A DNA stretch of 63,168 bases, counting the filler, from Choristocarpus tenellus KU-1152 (lineage: Eukaryota > Protista > Phaeophyceae), in the NCBI GenBank assembly GCA_964200185.2. It is 13 parts of 13 records of this genome, joined end to end, with 100 filler letters (N's around TTAATTAATTAA, not from the genome) between each part and the next. Parts side by side here need not be neighbours in the genome. Positions count along the whole stretch, not along the records: positions 38,316 to 41,262 come from CAXNAD020023456.1; positions 41,363 to 44,037 come from CAXNAD020025739.1; positions 44,138 to 48,347 come from CAXNAD020015680.1; positions 48,448 to 53,990 come from CAXNAD020010464.1; 9 more parts are not named here. One strand, 5' to 3'. Positions 38,316-51,381 of this stretch are shown piece after piece. A model generated the notes under the pieces. It made no database searches. It was not told the DNA's origin and saw nothing but the letters and a program-made list of their open reading frames with translations. A program made the translations under genes and the position numbers. The stretch's first letter is position 1; every line of letters begins with the position of its first letter.

Positions 38316-41262
38316 TGACCCCACCCCGGCACCTGCCTCCCCTCCTGCTGATGCTGTCTCTGTCTGTGGCAAGGAAGGCACGTCTGATGAAGTATTCATA
38401 GTGGAGGCAAACAGAGCACGGCGGCAGCGCACATGCTCTGAAAGGAAGTTGGCCACAAGAAAATTAATGCCACTGTGACAACGGCAGCCAAACACAATGC
38501 AAAAGGTTGTGGGGACGGCGGAAGCATAGAGCTTATTGAGACAAAGAAGAGGCATGATGGGTCATGATGGGGCAGAGGAGGGCAGAGTGTGATCAAGCAT
38601 CAAGTACAACAAACTTGACAAAAAAATGAAGGAGAAAACTTGCAAAAAAAACCCCAACCACACACACACACATACACCAAGAAACAGGAAAAGACGTAGT
38701 ATGCCTACAATCTCCTTGGCCCTTTCTCCACTCCCCTGACCCATCCACTCCTCCTACCCTGCTTGGGAGGAGCTCAAGGCTGTGCGGTCACGGTGGCTCC
38801 GCCCTCGTGCCTCCTCCAATAGCCAAGCCCTTGTCCAAGCCCTTGGCCCTGCACGGCGTGCCTCAGCTGCAGCATCATACACCATTGCCCTATCTTCTGC
38901 CTCAATCACAAGCCGGAAGCACACAGCTTGAACAGATGCCTAACAGAAAACACAAACAGTCACAGTGAAAGGAGGGTTGGATGAGGGGCACAGTTATTTT
39001 TTTTCACCCAAGATGTACAGCTAGGCAGGGTAAAATATAATCTACTTTGCATAAACAAGTTCACCCAAAACATTTGAGGAAATGTGTTTCAATACACTAC
39101 TAATGTTGATATGCTGCTAAGGAAAATCTCCACCTAGTATGTGCCAACTAAATATAAGAATAGGTAGCTTGGCATATGTGGTTGGAGGAGTGACACCTGA
39201 AGTTGCACAGCCATGGAGAGGACTTCATCACATGTCTTTTTCAGATCTTGTTCTTCTATCTTCTCTTCCTCACCACGCCTGTAACAATCATGCATATAAT
39301 TAACACAAAAACAAAACGCAGGACGGTCATTAGACATCAAACCTCTGTCAACAAATGAACCAAAATAGCATAAGATCACTTTCAGCGAGTGATCTCCATA
39401 CTTTACAGATTGAACATCACGGCCAGCATTGAAAATGCTGTTCCAAAATAGGTGACTAGATGTTACATATTGTTAACAGCAAAAAATGTTTGCTTGAAAC
39501 ACTATACTACACAAAAAATTACTTCAATGATCCATTTCCATCGAGCTTTCAAACACCTCCCATGTTTTCTAAGCACATGTTAAAAAAATGAGCCACCCAC
39601 AGAGTTATTTCACATGAGATGGACACATCTAGTACACACCTGCATGATGTGAGGAGGGAATCGGGCAAAGGGGTGGAATATCATGGATGAGGCAAGAGAA
39701 AGACAGAAAAGTTTCCCATAGAACCAATGAGTAAGATAAAAATCTCCCCCGAAAAGTTAATCTCATATTTCAAGCACATAATTGCACTCAAGAACTGCAA
39801 TAAAGCAAAAAAAGAAGTTATCATGCACCATAAACGGCACCTAACTTAATGCCCTTGGTCAAAGACAAGTGTTACGGGTTGAGGATTCAACATCTGATCA
39901 TTAAATATACATATTTACGACATCTCAAATGACAAGCACTACGAAGTCCAGGACAGGGTAAAACATGACCAACAGTACAGTCACACATACACGCAGAAAG
40001 AGTTATGGTGAAGGTGACAAGCATGGTGAGATAGCTAGTTCAGGATTATAAGTATGAAGAATAAGAAGAAAAACACATAAAACCAAAGACTTGCCTCTTC
40101 TTGTCCTCTGCCTCCCGTTCCAACTTCCGTTGACGTTCACGTTCTACCCTTCCAAGTGCTGCCAGAGCAGCACGCTCCAGCACAGCAGCAGCAGCTGTGG
40201 TAGCAGGAGACCCTTGCGCTGCTGGAACCGGGGTTGAGGGTGCATCAACAGCACCTGCCTCGGCCATTTCTGTGTCCTCATCTTCACTTCCACCACCATC
40301 TCCATCCTCACTTGCACTCCCGCCTAGCCTTCTGCGCCTTTGCCCGCTCTCGTCAGCTCCAGCAGCGGCTACTTCGTCAGTCCCCCCAGGGGCCACCCTA
40401 TCTTCTGTTCCCCTTGCTTGGGTTTGGCTTGCCATGAGCGCGTTCATGTGGGAGTTCTCACTCACCCTCGACAATGCTGTCAGGAGCTCTCCTGTGTTAA
40501 ATGATGGCAACGGCAACCCCCCTACCTGCTGTTGCTCCACTCCTGGCACTGCCTCTGCCCCCCCTGCAGACCTTACCAGGCTGGTAAGGCCTGCCTCCAG
40601 GGCAATTGCTGCAGATTCTGCTGCTGCAGAACTGGCAGACCCCGCCTCAAAAACTGCCGTGGCTGCCTCCACTACAGATGATCTGTCTGAAGAACCTAGA
40701 GGAGAGGAAGAGGAAGCAACCACCGCTCCAGCCTCCCCTGTCCCCCCTGCAGCCCCTGAAGTTCTATTCCTAGAGGCTGTCTCAAACATGACCCGAGCCA
40801 GGTAGGCCCTCACCTGTGCCTGTGTCTGTCCAGCAGTAGTGCCTGGCAACTCTTGGGGCATCTCTCCCCCTGCAGCCCCTGCAGTCCGACTCCTTACAGC
40901 TGTCTCACTGATGACATGCGTGAGATATGTCCTTACCTGTGCCTGCACATGACTACCAATCTCCGGATCACTACTGGAATCTGCAGCAGAGGCTGCAGCC
41001 ACCGATGGTGCCGGCGCCTGGCGGGGTACCTGCTGTTCTGTGACTGAGGTAGCACCTCTAGCATCAAGTGCTTCCCGCAATGCAGTTGAGGCTGACACTA
41101 ATGTTGATGCACCGCCCTCTGGAGATGTTGATGTTGATGATGGTACCACGGGACCTGGGGCAGCAGGGATGGCACCAGAAGGGGTACTTCCCCCCCCCCC
41201 AGCAAGTAGCTCCAACATGGCAACCATGGCCAAGGCCGCGTCCTCGGCTGTTGGGGAAGAGG
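38316..41262 (-). CDS. Internal fragment of a large unknown gene; exons 40095->41262, 39197-39278, 38758-38939, <38316-38472
   Basis: An open A/S/G-rich exon of >1.1 kb ending in a charged helix (ERERQRKLEREAEDKKR). Three phase-consistent introns (2, 0, 2) give a continuous frame through DLKKTCDEVLSMAVQLQ-ASVQAVCFRLVIE...GINFLVANFLSEH. Confidence 0.8.
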
Positions 41263-41364
41263 NNNNNNNNNNNNNNNNNNNNNNNNNNNNNNNNNNNNNN
41301 NNNNNNTTAATTAATTAANNNNNNNNNNNNNNNNNNNNNNNNNNNNNNNNNNNNNNNNNNNNTA

Positions 41365-41615
41365 CTCCTTGACACAGGTGCAGGTCTCATCTTTTCTTAT
41401 GAAAATTGCTTACCACAGCTCAACATGGCAGGCAAAGGTACCTTAAATGCAGCAAACCTCAGAGGGTGCAATATTCTACCTGTGCTGGTACTGAGGTCAT
41501 GCAAACTTCTAATAGCGTTTTCCCCAGAGGAAAAGTACGCAATATGGCTTTTAGGATAATGGTGGGGCTGCCATACGAAATTATTTTAGGTACAACATTT
41601 TGTAGACAGCACTAG
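41365..41615 (+). mobile_element. Degenerate Gypsy-type aspartic protease fragment
   Basis: LLDTGA and, after a frameshift, LPYEIILGTTF. Confidence 0.7.
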
Positions 41616-42689
41616 AGTGAACTGCCATTTAGAGAAGGCCAATGTTCCCAACCATCACCACTGCCACCATGGGTACCTTTCGTCAATATTCCAACACCCA
41701 GATCGAGCAGTAACAATGTACCCTTGTCAGATCTTAACAAATGGCATGTAGTACAAAGGAAAGTTCTAAGATAGATAGTTGTTAGACTAGGTAACTAAAC
41801 AGAAGAAATGAACAGCTTTAACTTACTACTGTTGGATGTTTATCATGCCTTCTAGGACCTTCACAACCCTAACACAAGACCATGTCCAACTAATGTTCCC
41901 ACCCAAGAACAACTCTTGCCTCGATAGGATGCGGTACGTCTCTTCCCTATAGGTACTAGTGTCAAACATTGTGGAAGGATGAAAGCTGAAGAGACATGTA
42001 GGACAGGGTCCAGTTTTTGAGTTCAACTCACCCCACTGGAGGGTATGGTTGAAGGATGGAGGTAAGGAGGAATTCGGCAGGAGAGAGATGGGTGACTCCT
42101 CCAGAAAACCTTCGAGCAGGTAACAATTGTATGCCTGAGGGACAAGGTGAGGTTCAGGCGGTACATGCTAGAACAAGAGATTAAAGCTTTGAAAATCATA
42201 AGTAACTGAAAGGAACATGAGACAGCAGAGGTTAACATGAAGCTGCCCACATTAGAGTACACAGTATTATACATTGGTTGTATAGGTTGAAGTTCTTGAA
42301 AAATATCAACACTGAACTCACTACTTTTTATTTTTTATTTTTTGTAACAACTCCCTGTGATCTTGAATCCTCATCTCTTTCTAATGTTATTTATTTTTAG
42401 TTCTCATCCCATCACCCCCTGATTTTGAATTTCATTTTCTTTTCATAGTTGTTACCCTCCTTATTTACTGACTTTTTCTTTTCTTTTTTTCTTCCCTTTT
42501 ACTTTTTATGCCTTTTTTAGTTTATTTACTATTCAGTTTCCACTTTTTTACCCTCATCATCCACACATTTTTTTATTATTTATTTTCTATTTATTGCTCA
42601 TTTTATCTTTATCTCTTCTCTTTATTTATCATTAGTACTGTTTGTTGCTCTCATTGACCTTTTTATTTATTTTATTTATTTATTTTTCT

Positions 42690-43960
42690 TTCATTGCCTG
42701 TTTTGCATACTAGCAGCCTTGAGTATGCTTTATGCATGGGGGCATAGGACACGCAATAATCAGATGCTGTGTAGGTCATGAATGATATAAGTCTAATCCT
42801 TGATAGCAATTACATTTATATAACCGGGAAGATTGGAAAGGAAGACGCGCAAATTGTATGACCAATCAGAGTTATATACTTTGTAAATTTTGAAGGTGTG
42901 TTTCAGAAAGAAAAAATGTGTACTCAGACTAGACCAGGAGCAAACTGACTCTAATGGTATTCTGTGACCCTTTGGAAAGTTTTCCCACGTTAAACAAGGA
43001 CGTTTGCTGACCTGTTTTAAGGCTAGTTGGAGTTATATATATATCCTAAAATAAAATTATATATTCTTATCTGGTCAGACATATATTGACCTTGACTGTG
43101 CCTTACGATTTTTGAGGATCCGTTCTCAAAGGAAACGAGGGGATTGTTGATCATTGTTGGAATCCATGGGTTAAATTGGAACTGGAGTCCCTATGTCGGA
43201 GAAAACTGGCAGAGTCTGAACTGAAGCCCCTATGTTACCAAATGGCAATTTTGCATGCCGCCGCAGCATGATCTAAGGTGATTGATATTTTTTATCCAGA
43301 TAATAATTATTGCCTGTAGAAAGCATGGAACAGATAATCTCTGCATGGAACATAGGATAGCAGAAGTCAGAACTATGAAGTAGCCCATATCAGACCAGAC
43401 AGTAGCTTTCATAGGATGCTTTTAAGTTATATTATTTCCCTCTTTTTTACTTTTTTTTTCAGTTTTTTTTTCTTTTTTTTTTCCCTTTCTGTCAGACCAG
43501 GTACCCCCTTGCGCCCTTACTATGCTCTACCTCCAATTCTTTCTGTTCGGCCCCTTGTATCCTCTATTTTATTTTATTTATTATTTATTTTGGGCGCTGA
43601 TGTTGATGTTATTGCCTGTTTTGCGCACTAGCAGTCGTCAGAATGCTTCGTGCTGGGGGGCATGAGGCAGGCAATACTCAGATGATACTCAGCACTTTAA
43701 GGAAGCTGTACTTTAGAAAGAGCAAAGGTATACTCAGATTAGGCTAGACGCAGAAAGATTCCCCCAAGTAAGATAGGGATATATGTTTAGGCCTAGTAGG
43801 AGTTGGGCATATATTTGGCAATAACCAGATGATACTTGGCACTCTCGGAAAACTGTACCTTAGAGAGAATGAATATATCCTCAGAATTAGGCTAGACGCA
43901 GACAGAATTCCCCAGGTAGGATAAGGATACATGTTTAGGCCTAGTAGAAGTTTGGCATAC
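42690..43960 (+). repeat. Diverged direct repeats (42690-42770 with 43610-43685; 43733-43810 with 43880-43960), likely PPT/LTR remnants
   Basis: ATTGCCTGTTTTGC..CTAGCAG...GGGGGCAT occurs twice, each after a T-rich tract; TTAGGCTAGACGCAGA...TGTTTAGGCCTAGTAG occurs twice. Confidence 0.55.
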
Positions 43961-43961
43961 T

Positions 43962-44037
43962 GAGTGAAAGTATCTTAGAGGGTACGAGTTTTGCCCTGTT
44001 TGTCCATTTGGGGCTTGACTTCCCATGGGTTTTTTAT
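43962..44037 (-). mobile_element. MITE family A end at a contig break
   Basis: GAGTGAAAGTATCTTAGAGGGTACGAGTTTTGCCCTGTTTGTCCATTTGG. Confidence 0.85.
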
Positions 44038-44399
44038 NNNNNNNNNNNNNNNNNNNNNNNNNNNNNNNNNNNNNNNNNNNNTTAATTAATTAANNNNNNN
44101 NNNNNNNNNNNNNNNNNNNNNNNNNNNNNNNNNNNNNGGTACGCCTTTCCTGGTTACGACCCAAATGGACACCCTGGTGTAGACCCCCCCCCCCCCCCAG
44201 ATAATTTGGGTCTGAGTTTAGAAAGTGATAAATACATTATGCCGATCCCGAATCCTTGAACTTTGTAACTCATGGACTAGGCACTCAGGCGTACAAAATG
44301 TGCACTCTGAACGCCAGGTGTGATGTGAGAAGGTCGGAACTGGGGGCCATTTTTGGCCAAGTCAGAGGTGTTTTTATAGCTTTTGAACCAGACGCCCAT

Positions 44400-44710
44400 A
44401 AGGAACAAGTACATACCCTGACTAGGTCAAGTGCAAGTTCACTCCGAATATATCTTGTGACTCTTAGAAGGACATTTCCAAGAGTACCAAGGAATAATTG
44501 GACCATTCCAAAAGTGTTCGAGTAAATCAGAACTGGGCTTCATTTTAGGCTAAATCAGATATGTATGCTTCGTAACTTTTGACCAACAAACCCAGAAAGA
44601 ACAAGTGTATACTCTGATTAGGCCAGGTGCAAGCTGGCTCTAATTATATCTCATGAGATCCTTGGACAGACACTTGCAAGAGTAACAAGGTATACTCGGA
44701 TCAGTTCAGA
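44400..44710. repeat. Diverged direct repeat with ~196-bp period (possibly LTR-internal)
   Basis: GAACAAGT..ATAC.CTGA.TAGG.CA.GTGCAAG...CAAGAGTA.CAAGG at ~44403 and ~44599. Confidence 0.55.
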
Positions 44711-44977
44711 GGCCAATTGGCAAGCCATAACTGGAGACTTTCAAGACCAACTCAAAGTCAAATTGCTTTTGGAACTCTTGGCCTAGTAGTGCAAAATGTA
44801 ACTAATACTTGATCCTGACACACAATTGAGGTGATAGACGATTCCTTTTGTCTTAACTTGTGACAACTGCCTGTGGTGAGAGTGAAAAATGTACACCTAG
44901 TTCACAATGGGGGGGTTGTGACAGGTAATTGGCATGCGTATCACTGCTCGCGCTTTAAGCAGCGTGAGTGGCCAATA

Positions 44978-45468
44978 GAGTGAAAGTATCTTAGAGGGTA
45001 CGATTTTTGCCCTGTTTGTCCATTTGGGACTTGGGTTCCCACAGGTGTTTTATGACTCTTTCCTACTCCGATATGTTTCGGAGTAGGTAAAATTTGCACG
45101 TTATGAAAAGGTGTGTCTAGAACAAGGATATGGACACTTCCTCAAAAACATGATAGTCAAAATTACATCAAAATCGGAACATTCGAATTTGACCCCGTCT
45201 TTGTACAAAGAGTCAAAGTATCTTAGAGGGTAGAGCCGCGTCCATTTGGGGTCCAAAATCCAATGTTGCGATTTTGATGTAATTTTGGCTATCGTGTTTG
45301 TTAGGAGGTGTCAATATCCTTATTCCGGACATACCTTTTCGTAATGTATACATTTTACCTACTCTGGAATATTTTGGAGTAGGAAAATGTCATAAAAAAA
45401 CCCGAGGGAAGCCAAACCCCAAATGGACAAACAGGGCAAAACTCGTACCCTCTAAGATACTTTCACTC
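44978..45468. mobile_element. Two family A MITEs in inverted orientation (44978-~45197 truncated; 45210-45468 full)
   Basis: Both outer ends read GAGTGAAAGTATCTTAGAGGGTACGA inward. Confidence 0.9.
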
Positions 45469-47758
45469 TCTTGTCATCCTATCAGCACAAAGGGGGGAGA
45501 AAAAAGGATTGGGGCGGCATTGCAGTAAGAGCATTAGAGAATGGTGGCAGAACGCACTAATGGAGACGAAATTTAGGTTGCCATTGGGCCAATAAATACA
45601 TTTGTACGAGGACACATAACACAAACTCTTCGGGAGGAGATAAATTCAAGATATATATCAAATGCGTAAGTCCGTTGTCTTATAGAACGTATGATCCCTG
45701 TCCATCATAACATGTCTGTGGAGGCATGTGTCTGAATGGCGAAGTGGAGGGTGACTCAAGAACAGATATTGGCCTATGTTGCTTCTCAAACCATATCTGT
45801 CTTCAATAGGGTGGCTTTGTAGGGCTTACCCAGAAGCAGGCCCGTTTAGGAGGGTCTTGGTCAATGCTGTAGTGTTGGACAAGGAGCTGCATATTTTGCA
45901 AGTCGCCATTCTCCCGTTTGACCTTGTGGGAGTAGCTGACTCACTTTTCACTAACTTAGACACTGTGTAGTGGGGCTGGTACTTGGTCACGGTCCCTCGC
46001 ATCCGCTGATTGTCCCATCCGAAGTATAGTCCCCTGCCCTTGGTTCTGGCATTGAACGCTACTCCCTCATCTGAATTCGGCACATACAACTCAGTATCGG
46101 TTCAAGGGGCTACATTTCTATACATAGGCCTGTTCATGTCCCTACGCTTTCTAGACCGATAGCAGAGTCAGACACACAGGGCTGCAGCCTCGTCACTTTC
46201 CCTCTTTTGTTCTTGTCTCGAAATTGGTTGATACCCTCTTCGATCACATCCTCTGTTATGTACGACCCCGGTTGAGGGGGGGTACATATTCTTCGCCATC
46301 GTCCGGGAGGTAAGACATTGAGTAAATGCACGCCTCTGAACCATCTACGTGAATGTCGCTGGCCTTCCCCTGTACGATTGACCCCCCACTCGCGCGTAGG
46401 ATGAAGCTGGTTCCTCAACGGAATCTGGCTTCGGGCGTGTCCCCAAGTCTGAGTTGCATGCCTAGAGAAGCGAGCAGGTATCCCACCGAGCGATTGCCGG
46501 TTGGATTCCGAGGCAGACCTCTGGCATTGACCAGTCAGGATCCTGAATGTGTTGTCCAGGTGGTTGTGGTCGATGTCTGTGAAGTCTGGGATGATGATAG
46601 CTTGAAGGGGCACGACCCAGGGGCCCGGTTGTGCGTCCTGCATTGCCACAAACATGTTCGTTGTGGAGGCTGTGTTGGTGTGTAGGACTATTGGAATATG
46701 TTTGCGCGTGATGGCCTGGTTTAGCTGTATGAGGGGTGTTGGTTTTGTTTTTTGAGAAACACGGATAGTTTTATACGGGTGATTGAGGATACACTTAGGC
46801 AGCGAAACGGACGTATGGGACGCGTTTATTCGCCCTACGTAAGTTGTGAAATATTGCTTGAAAGGTGTCAGTGTCGGTTGCAGGTTGGGAGAACAAAATG
46901 ACACTGGTTTGGATGCCAGGGTTGACGTTTTGGGGGAGGAATCTATGTTGGTTAGAGGGGATATGAGGGGATATGTGGCATTTGCATAGGGACAGCGTGG
47001 ATTCATTCGTGTGGGGCATTGATTTGTGTTGTAAGCAATAAGAAGCGTTACCCACCTTGTCCGTCCGTGACATGTGGATAGTTGGCACACCATCAATGAA
47101 GCTGGCATTCAGCACCTCAAAGTCTTCAGTGACAAAGGCGGCCTCATCTCCAGCACTGAACATCCCTCCGTAGCTGGAGTGGTGTCTGGCGTTCCATTGA
47201 ATTGTGTCCTCGCGGTGGATAGTGAACGGCAAGCACTCTATAATTGTACTCTGATGGCTGCGTCCGCACAATGTATATGTTCCCTTCGGCGAGCTGTCTC
47301 TTCTTCCTCGACAGCTGACTTCTCAGATACATATCACCTGTTCCCGCTTCGGTGGAAAATTCGAGGTCTATTTTCTTGAATGGGGGCACATGGGTTGGTT
47401 GCCAACTGCATTGGGCGAGGTTGCCGATGGAACAGTTCGTGCAGTAGCAAACGCGTTGTCGCATGCACTTTCATCCAGTTCTCTCTTAGGCACTGAACCT
47501 GGAGGTCGGTGGCCATATGGTGGATGCAAACGCATGATCTGTGTTGCGCGGGAGAGTGAAGGGAGGAATGGGGTCGGTGGGTTATCCTCCCTTGTGTGTG
47601 GACACTAATGGTGCGGTACGTGATTGGCTATCCTGTGGCGGTTAGGAAACGTAGAGTTGCCCGGTCGCCACTGTAGCGCGTACAAAAATAAACGAGAGAC
47701 TATTTCCGCACATACCTGGCGTGGCCTTTGAAATGTAGAACGGTCTCCACTTTACAAA

Positions 47759-47997
47759 TGTTGACAGACAGGGTATTGGTCCTGAGGACCCCTTCTGTTC
47801 GAATCTCTCCTTGAGGTTGGCATAGACATCCTCATCTGTCCCAATCTGTGACCTGTTGTGACGTCGGGTGCACCATATGTGTTGACAGACAGGGTATTGG
47901 TCCTGAGGACCCCTCCTGTTCGAATCTCTCTTTGAGGTTGGCATGGACATCCTCATCTGTCCCAATCTGTGACCTGTTGTGACGTCGGTTGCACCAT
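47759..47997. repeat. Recent tandem duplication, 121-bp unit x2
   Basis: TGTTGACAGACAGGGTATTGGTCCTGAGGACCCC...GTGACGTCGG.TGCACCAT repeated with few mismatches. Confidence 0.95.
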
Positions 47998-50900
47998 GTG
48001 TACGTAGTGTAAAGTCACAGTTTTGTTGGAGGGTGAACATGTTACACAGTGATTAATCCATGACGTGTCGAGGGTGGAAACGCGCTATATTTTTGAGAAT
48101 GACACTCGCTAGTGTTGAGCACCTCTGAGCGTGCTGTTGGCACAGTGCATCCGGGTGGCAAACTCTCTTGTTCGTATGCGGCTCTAAGTAGTGCATTCCC
48201 TGGGTGGGGTCATGAGATGTGACCGGATCGTGGGGCATGGCGGTGCTGTTGTTCTCCCACATGGTGATACCCAGAACATGTGTGTCAGGATGCTGTACAT
48301 GGAACTGTCGTGAGGAGTTGTCCCTGTTGAACTATCCCACACTGGACNNNNNNNNNNNNNNNNNNNNNNNNNNNNNNNNNNNNNNNNNNNNTTAATTAAT
48401 TAANNNNNNNNNNNNNNNNNNNNNNNNNNNNNNNNNNNNNNNNNNNNCTCATAGTCCCGCTCCATCCTCAATTTTGCGAATCCACTGTTAAGTGCAAAAA
48501 CAGTTGCAAAAAAAAACCTTTCGGTACTTTTTCAAGACCGTTTTCGCAGAACAACCATCCTCATAGCCCTGCTCCATCCTCAATTTTTAAAATCCACTGT
48601 TATATCTTGAGTGATCCCATCTAAGAGAGGGGCGTTGAGTTTTAAGAAGCTCTAGGACTGACCGCATTGTATAACATATATTACGTGATTGGAGCATTGT
48701 GAAGGGCACTTTCAGTCAACGATGTGATTCACAGCTGATCTCCTACAAACACACCCTCCATGGCAGGTTAACTGCATTCCAAACATGTGCAGGGTGTATA
48801 TCGCACAAGGATAAAAAAGAACAAAACTCAAAAAGAGTCAAAATTGTCCCCCTTTTTTGGTGGTTGCATTCCATACTAGGTTGAGATTAGTGCTATCCTA
48901 TTATGAACAACAGACAAAAATGCAAGTTAAACCTTCTCAATCATAATAATGGCCGATCTCACAATAACTGAGGGATATACCTGTTACCTATTTGGAGAAC
49001 AGTTGTACCACAGATTGCAAATATCAAGAACTGCGTATGCAATAGAAAACGCACCGATCCAGTTAAACTATCAAGCAGGTTGAGGGTCAAGACAATGCAG
49101 ACAAAATACTACCAGTTTGGAAAAGTGGAGTACAGCTGCGCAACTTTTCTACTTAAACATGTTGCACCACTTCCCTTTCAAACTTACACAACAGAAAAAG
49201 TGGACACAAGAGTGACACAGTATGTAGCATTTATCATCAAACAAAAGTAAAGGACAGGGGGTAAAACAGTTGATAGCATAAGCTGAGCTGGACAGGGTTT
49301 TTATCGTATCACATAATCTTACTTTTTTCCGTGTTAGAGAGCACATAAACAGTAAAACAGTAGTAGCAGTAATGGAGATCTACACGGAGCCCATCCACCC
49401 AGACCAAACATCGAACTATTTGTAACACCTTTGCTAATCTACTAAAAACGCCCACCTAATCAAAACAGAGTGTCCCTCCCACACCCATGAGGGAGATAAA
49501 CAGAAAACTTGGGTCATTACATCAGTTGCAGCCCCCACCCACCCCACATATCAAAGCAATGGCACCAGCCATTACACCATGGTGCGCATGCTTCATATAC
49601 ATTCACAGATGGTGGGGTAGTAATCACCACAACCAACCTCAAAAATTTCATCAAAACTCTCATTAGATTTGTAAAATCATCATCTCATCAATGGTTGTAA
49701 CCAAATCTAACCATGAGCACTGGGCCTTCCCAATCATATGCCTAAGACTCACAAAAGGTACAGAGCAAGACACCCTATCAAACCCAGAGCACCACTGCAA
49801 CCTACAACTTACCATGCCCCAAACAACATCGGCCACCACAGAACAAATCAGCCACTGACCAATAGAAAAGAGCATTGCAGAGGCTAAAACAACAGGAGCA
49901 TGAAAGTTAAAAACACAACAAAAAAAAAAAATCTAGGGCCACCAAAAACAAAATTAAGTGCTTTCTTATTATTGTCATAATGCACTACCTTCATCTAACT
50001 AGCCACCCAGCCACAACGTGGACGAGTGCATTATCAGGTTTGGTTGAGTTAGACAAATGACCCCAGTGCAAGGATAGATGCTGCATCAACGCACATGTTC
50101 ACATCACTTTGGCTATCAGCATGTTTTTATAAGTGGATTTGTGTAATGTCTCATCAAATGATAAGAACAGAGGCACATGTTCATCTTTTTATGTTATGAA
50201 GTTGAAACCCCAACTCCTCTCCTCTACCTCACACAACCCCCCAACTCCCCCACTCATCCACCCAACACCCTCTTTGTCCACCCACAGCCCATGGGGCAGG
50301 TAGAAAACTGTTGTCTTGCAGCAGAGGAGTAATGCTATGAACAGCTGCAAAATAAGACTATTGTGTGCCGACCCTGAACCAATCTCCAATACTCCCCTTG
50401 GTTGTTCATCCTCCTCCCTGTATCAACCAAGGCTATCACAAAAAAAAACACTACGGACATGCAGCCCCGGCCTTCCTAGCTCCCATGCATCACGGAAAGA
50501 TAACACCAAACTTGGTTTTGACTGCCCTCCACACTTATCAACCTGCTCCAACCATTATCCTCCACCTTCTGACCAAATTAGGTGCTTCAAGCTGCAATCT
50601 TTCAGGCCTCCCCAACAAGTGTGGCTACCGTGGAGTAAGACAGGGCAGGAAATGACAAGTTGGGGAGGAAGGGTTCAGTGGGCCATCACTATAGTGAATT
50701 ACCTCAAGCACCTGATGTTTTCAGCCACATCTACTGATAATAGTACCACCAGAGGTGTGAAGGAGGGAAGTTTAGCAGCATTTACAAAAACTTGCTTGGT
50801 ATGTACTCTTCTATCACTGGACTGAATACTTGACTGAATATAGTTGAGCTCTTCTCAAGGTTCGGGTGGAAAAACCTCAGGGCTCAAAACCAGACTTACC

Positions 50901-51318
50901 AAGGCCATGAAATATCCAACAGTAGCAAAGAAAAAAAATAAGAGTGTATCACAGAAATACCTTCATGCGTGTCAACAGAAATCCTATTGTTCAAGTATCG
51001 TAAGAAACAGCACAACAATAAAAGTTTAACCGAATCATGTCCATAAAACACATGATATTAGTGCACACATGTATAAGTAGCACATTCATAGATTGCATGG
51101 ATACATATCCATATCCCAACTTAAAAACAAATTGTCTATCTTCTGTTTCAGCAATCTCATCATTTTATAGTACCCAAATCCTCTAAAGGGACATTTTTGA
51201 TAGAAAAGTCAGATCAAAGAACTAAACTCTTTTGACCTGTATCATACAAGAGTATCAGAGAGCTAAAAGTTCTGCAACAGAGGGAATTCCACTTATTGTC
51301 TTCCACACTACCTCTGCT

Positions 51319-51381
51319 TCAGGGGTCATTCTTCTTTAGTTCATCCTCCAGGTCGGGTAGATCTTCGTCATCACTATCCCC
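51319..51381 (-). CDS. Probable terminal exon with an acidic DSDDEDLPDLE motif (p23/PTGES3-like tail; gene identity uncertain)
   Basis: T-rich tract and CAG acceptor, then GDSDDEDLPDLEDELKKNDP*. Upstream exons not found. Confidence 0.45.
   Translation of the reverse strand, partial: GDSDDEDLPDLEDELKKNDP

Noticed and set aside
40197-40805. 202-aa plus-strand ORF
   Set aside because: Antisense shadow of the spliced minus-strand exon.
45298-45528. Family of small similar ORFs (also 13135, 22625, 60184)
   Set aside because: Chance translations of MITE copies, with inconsistent starts and stops.
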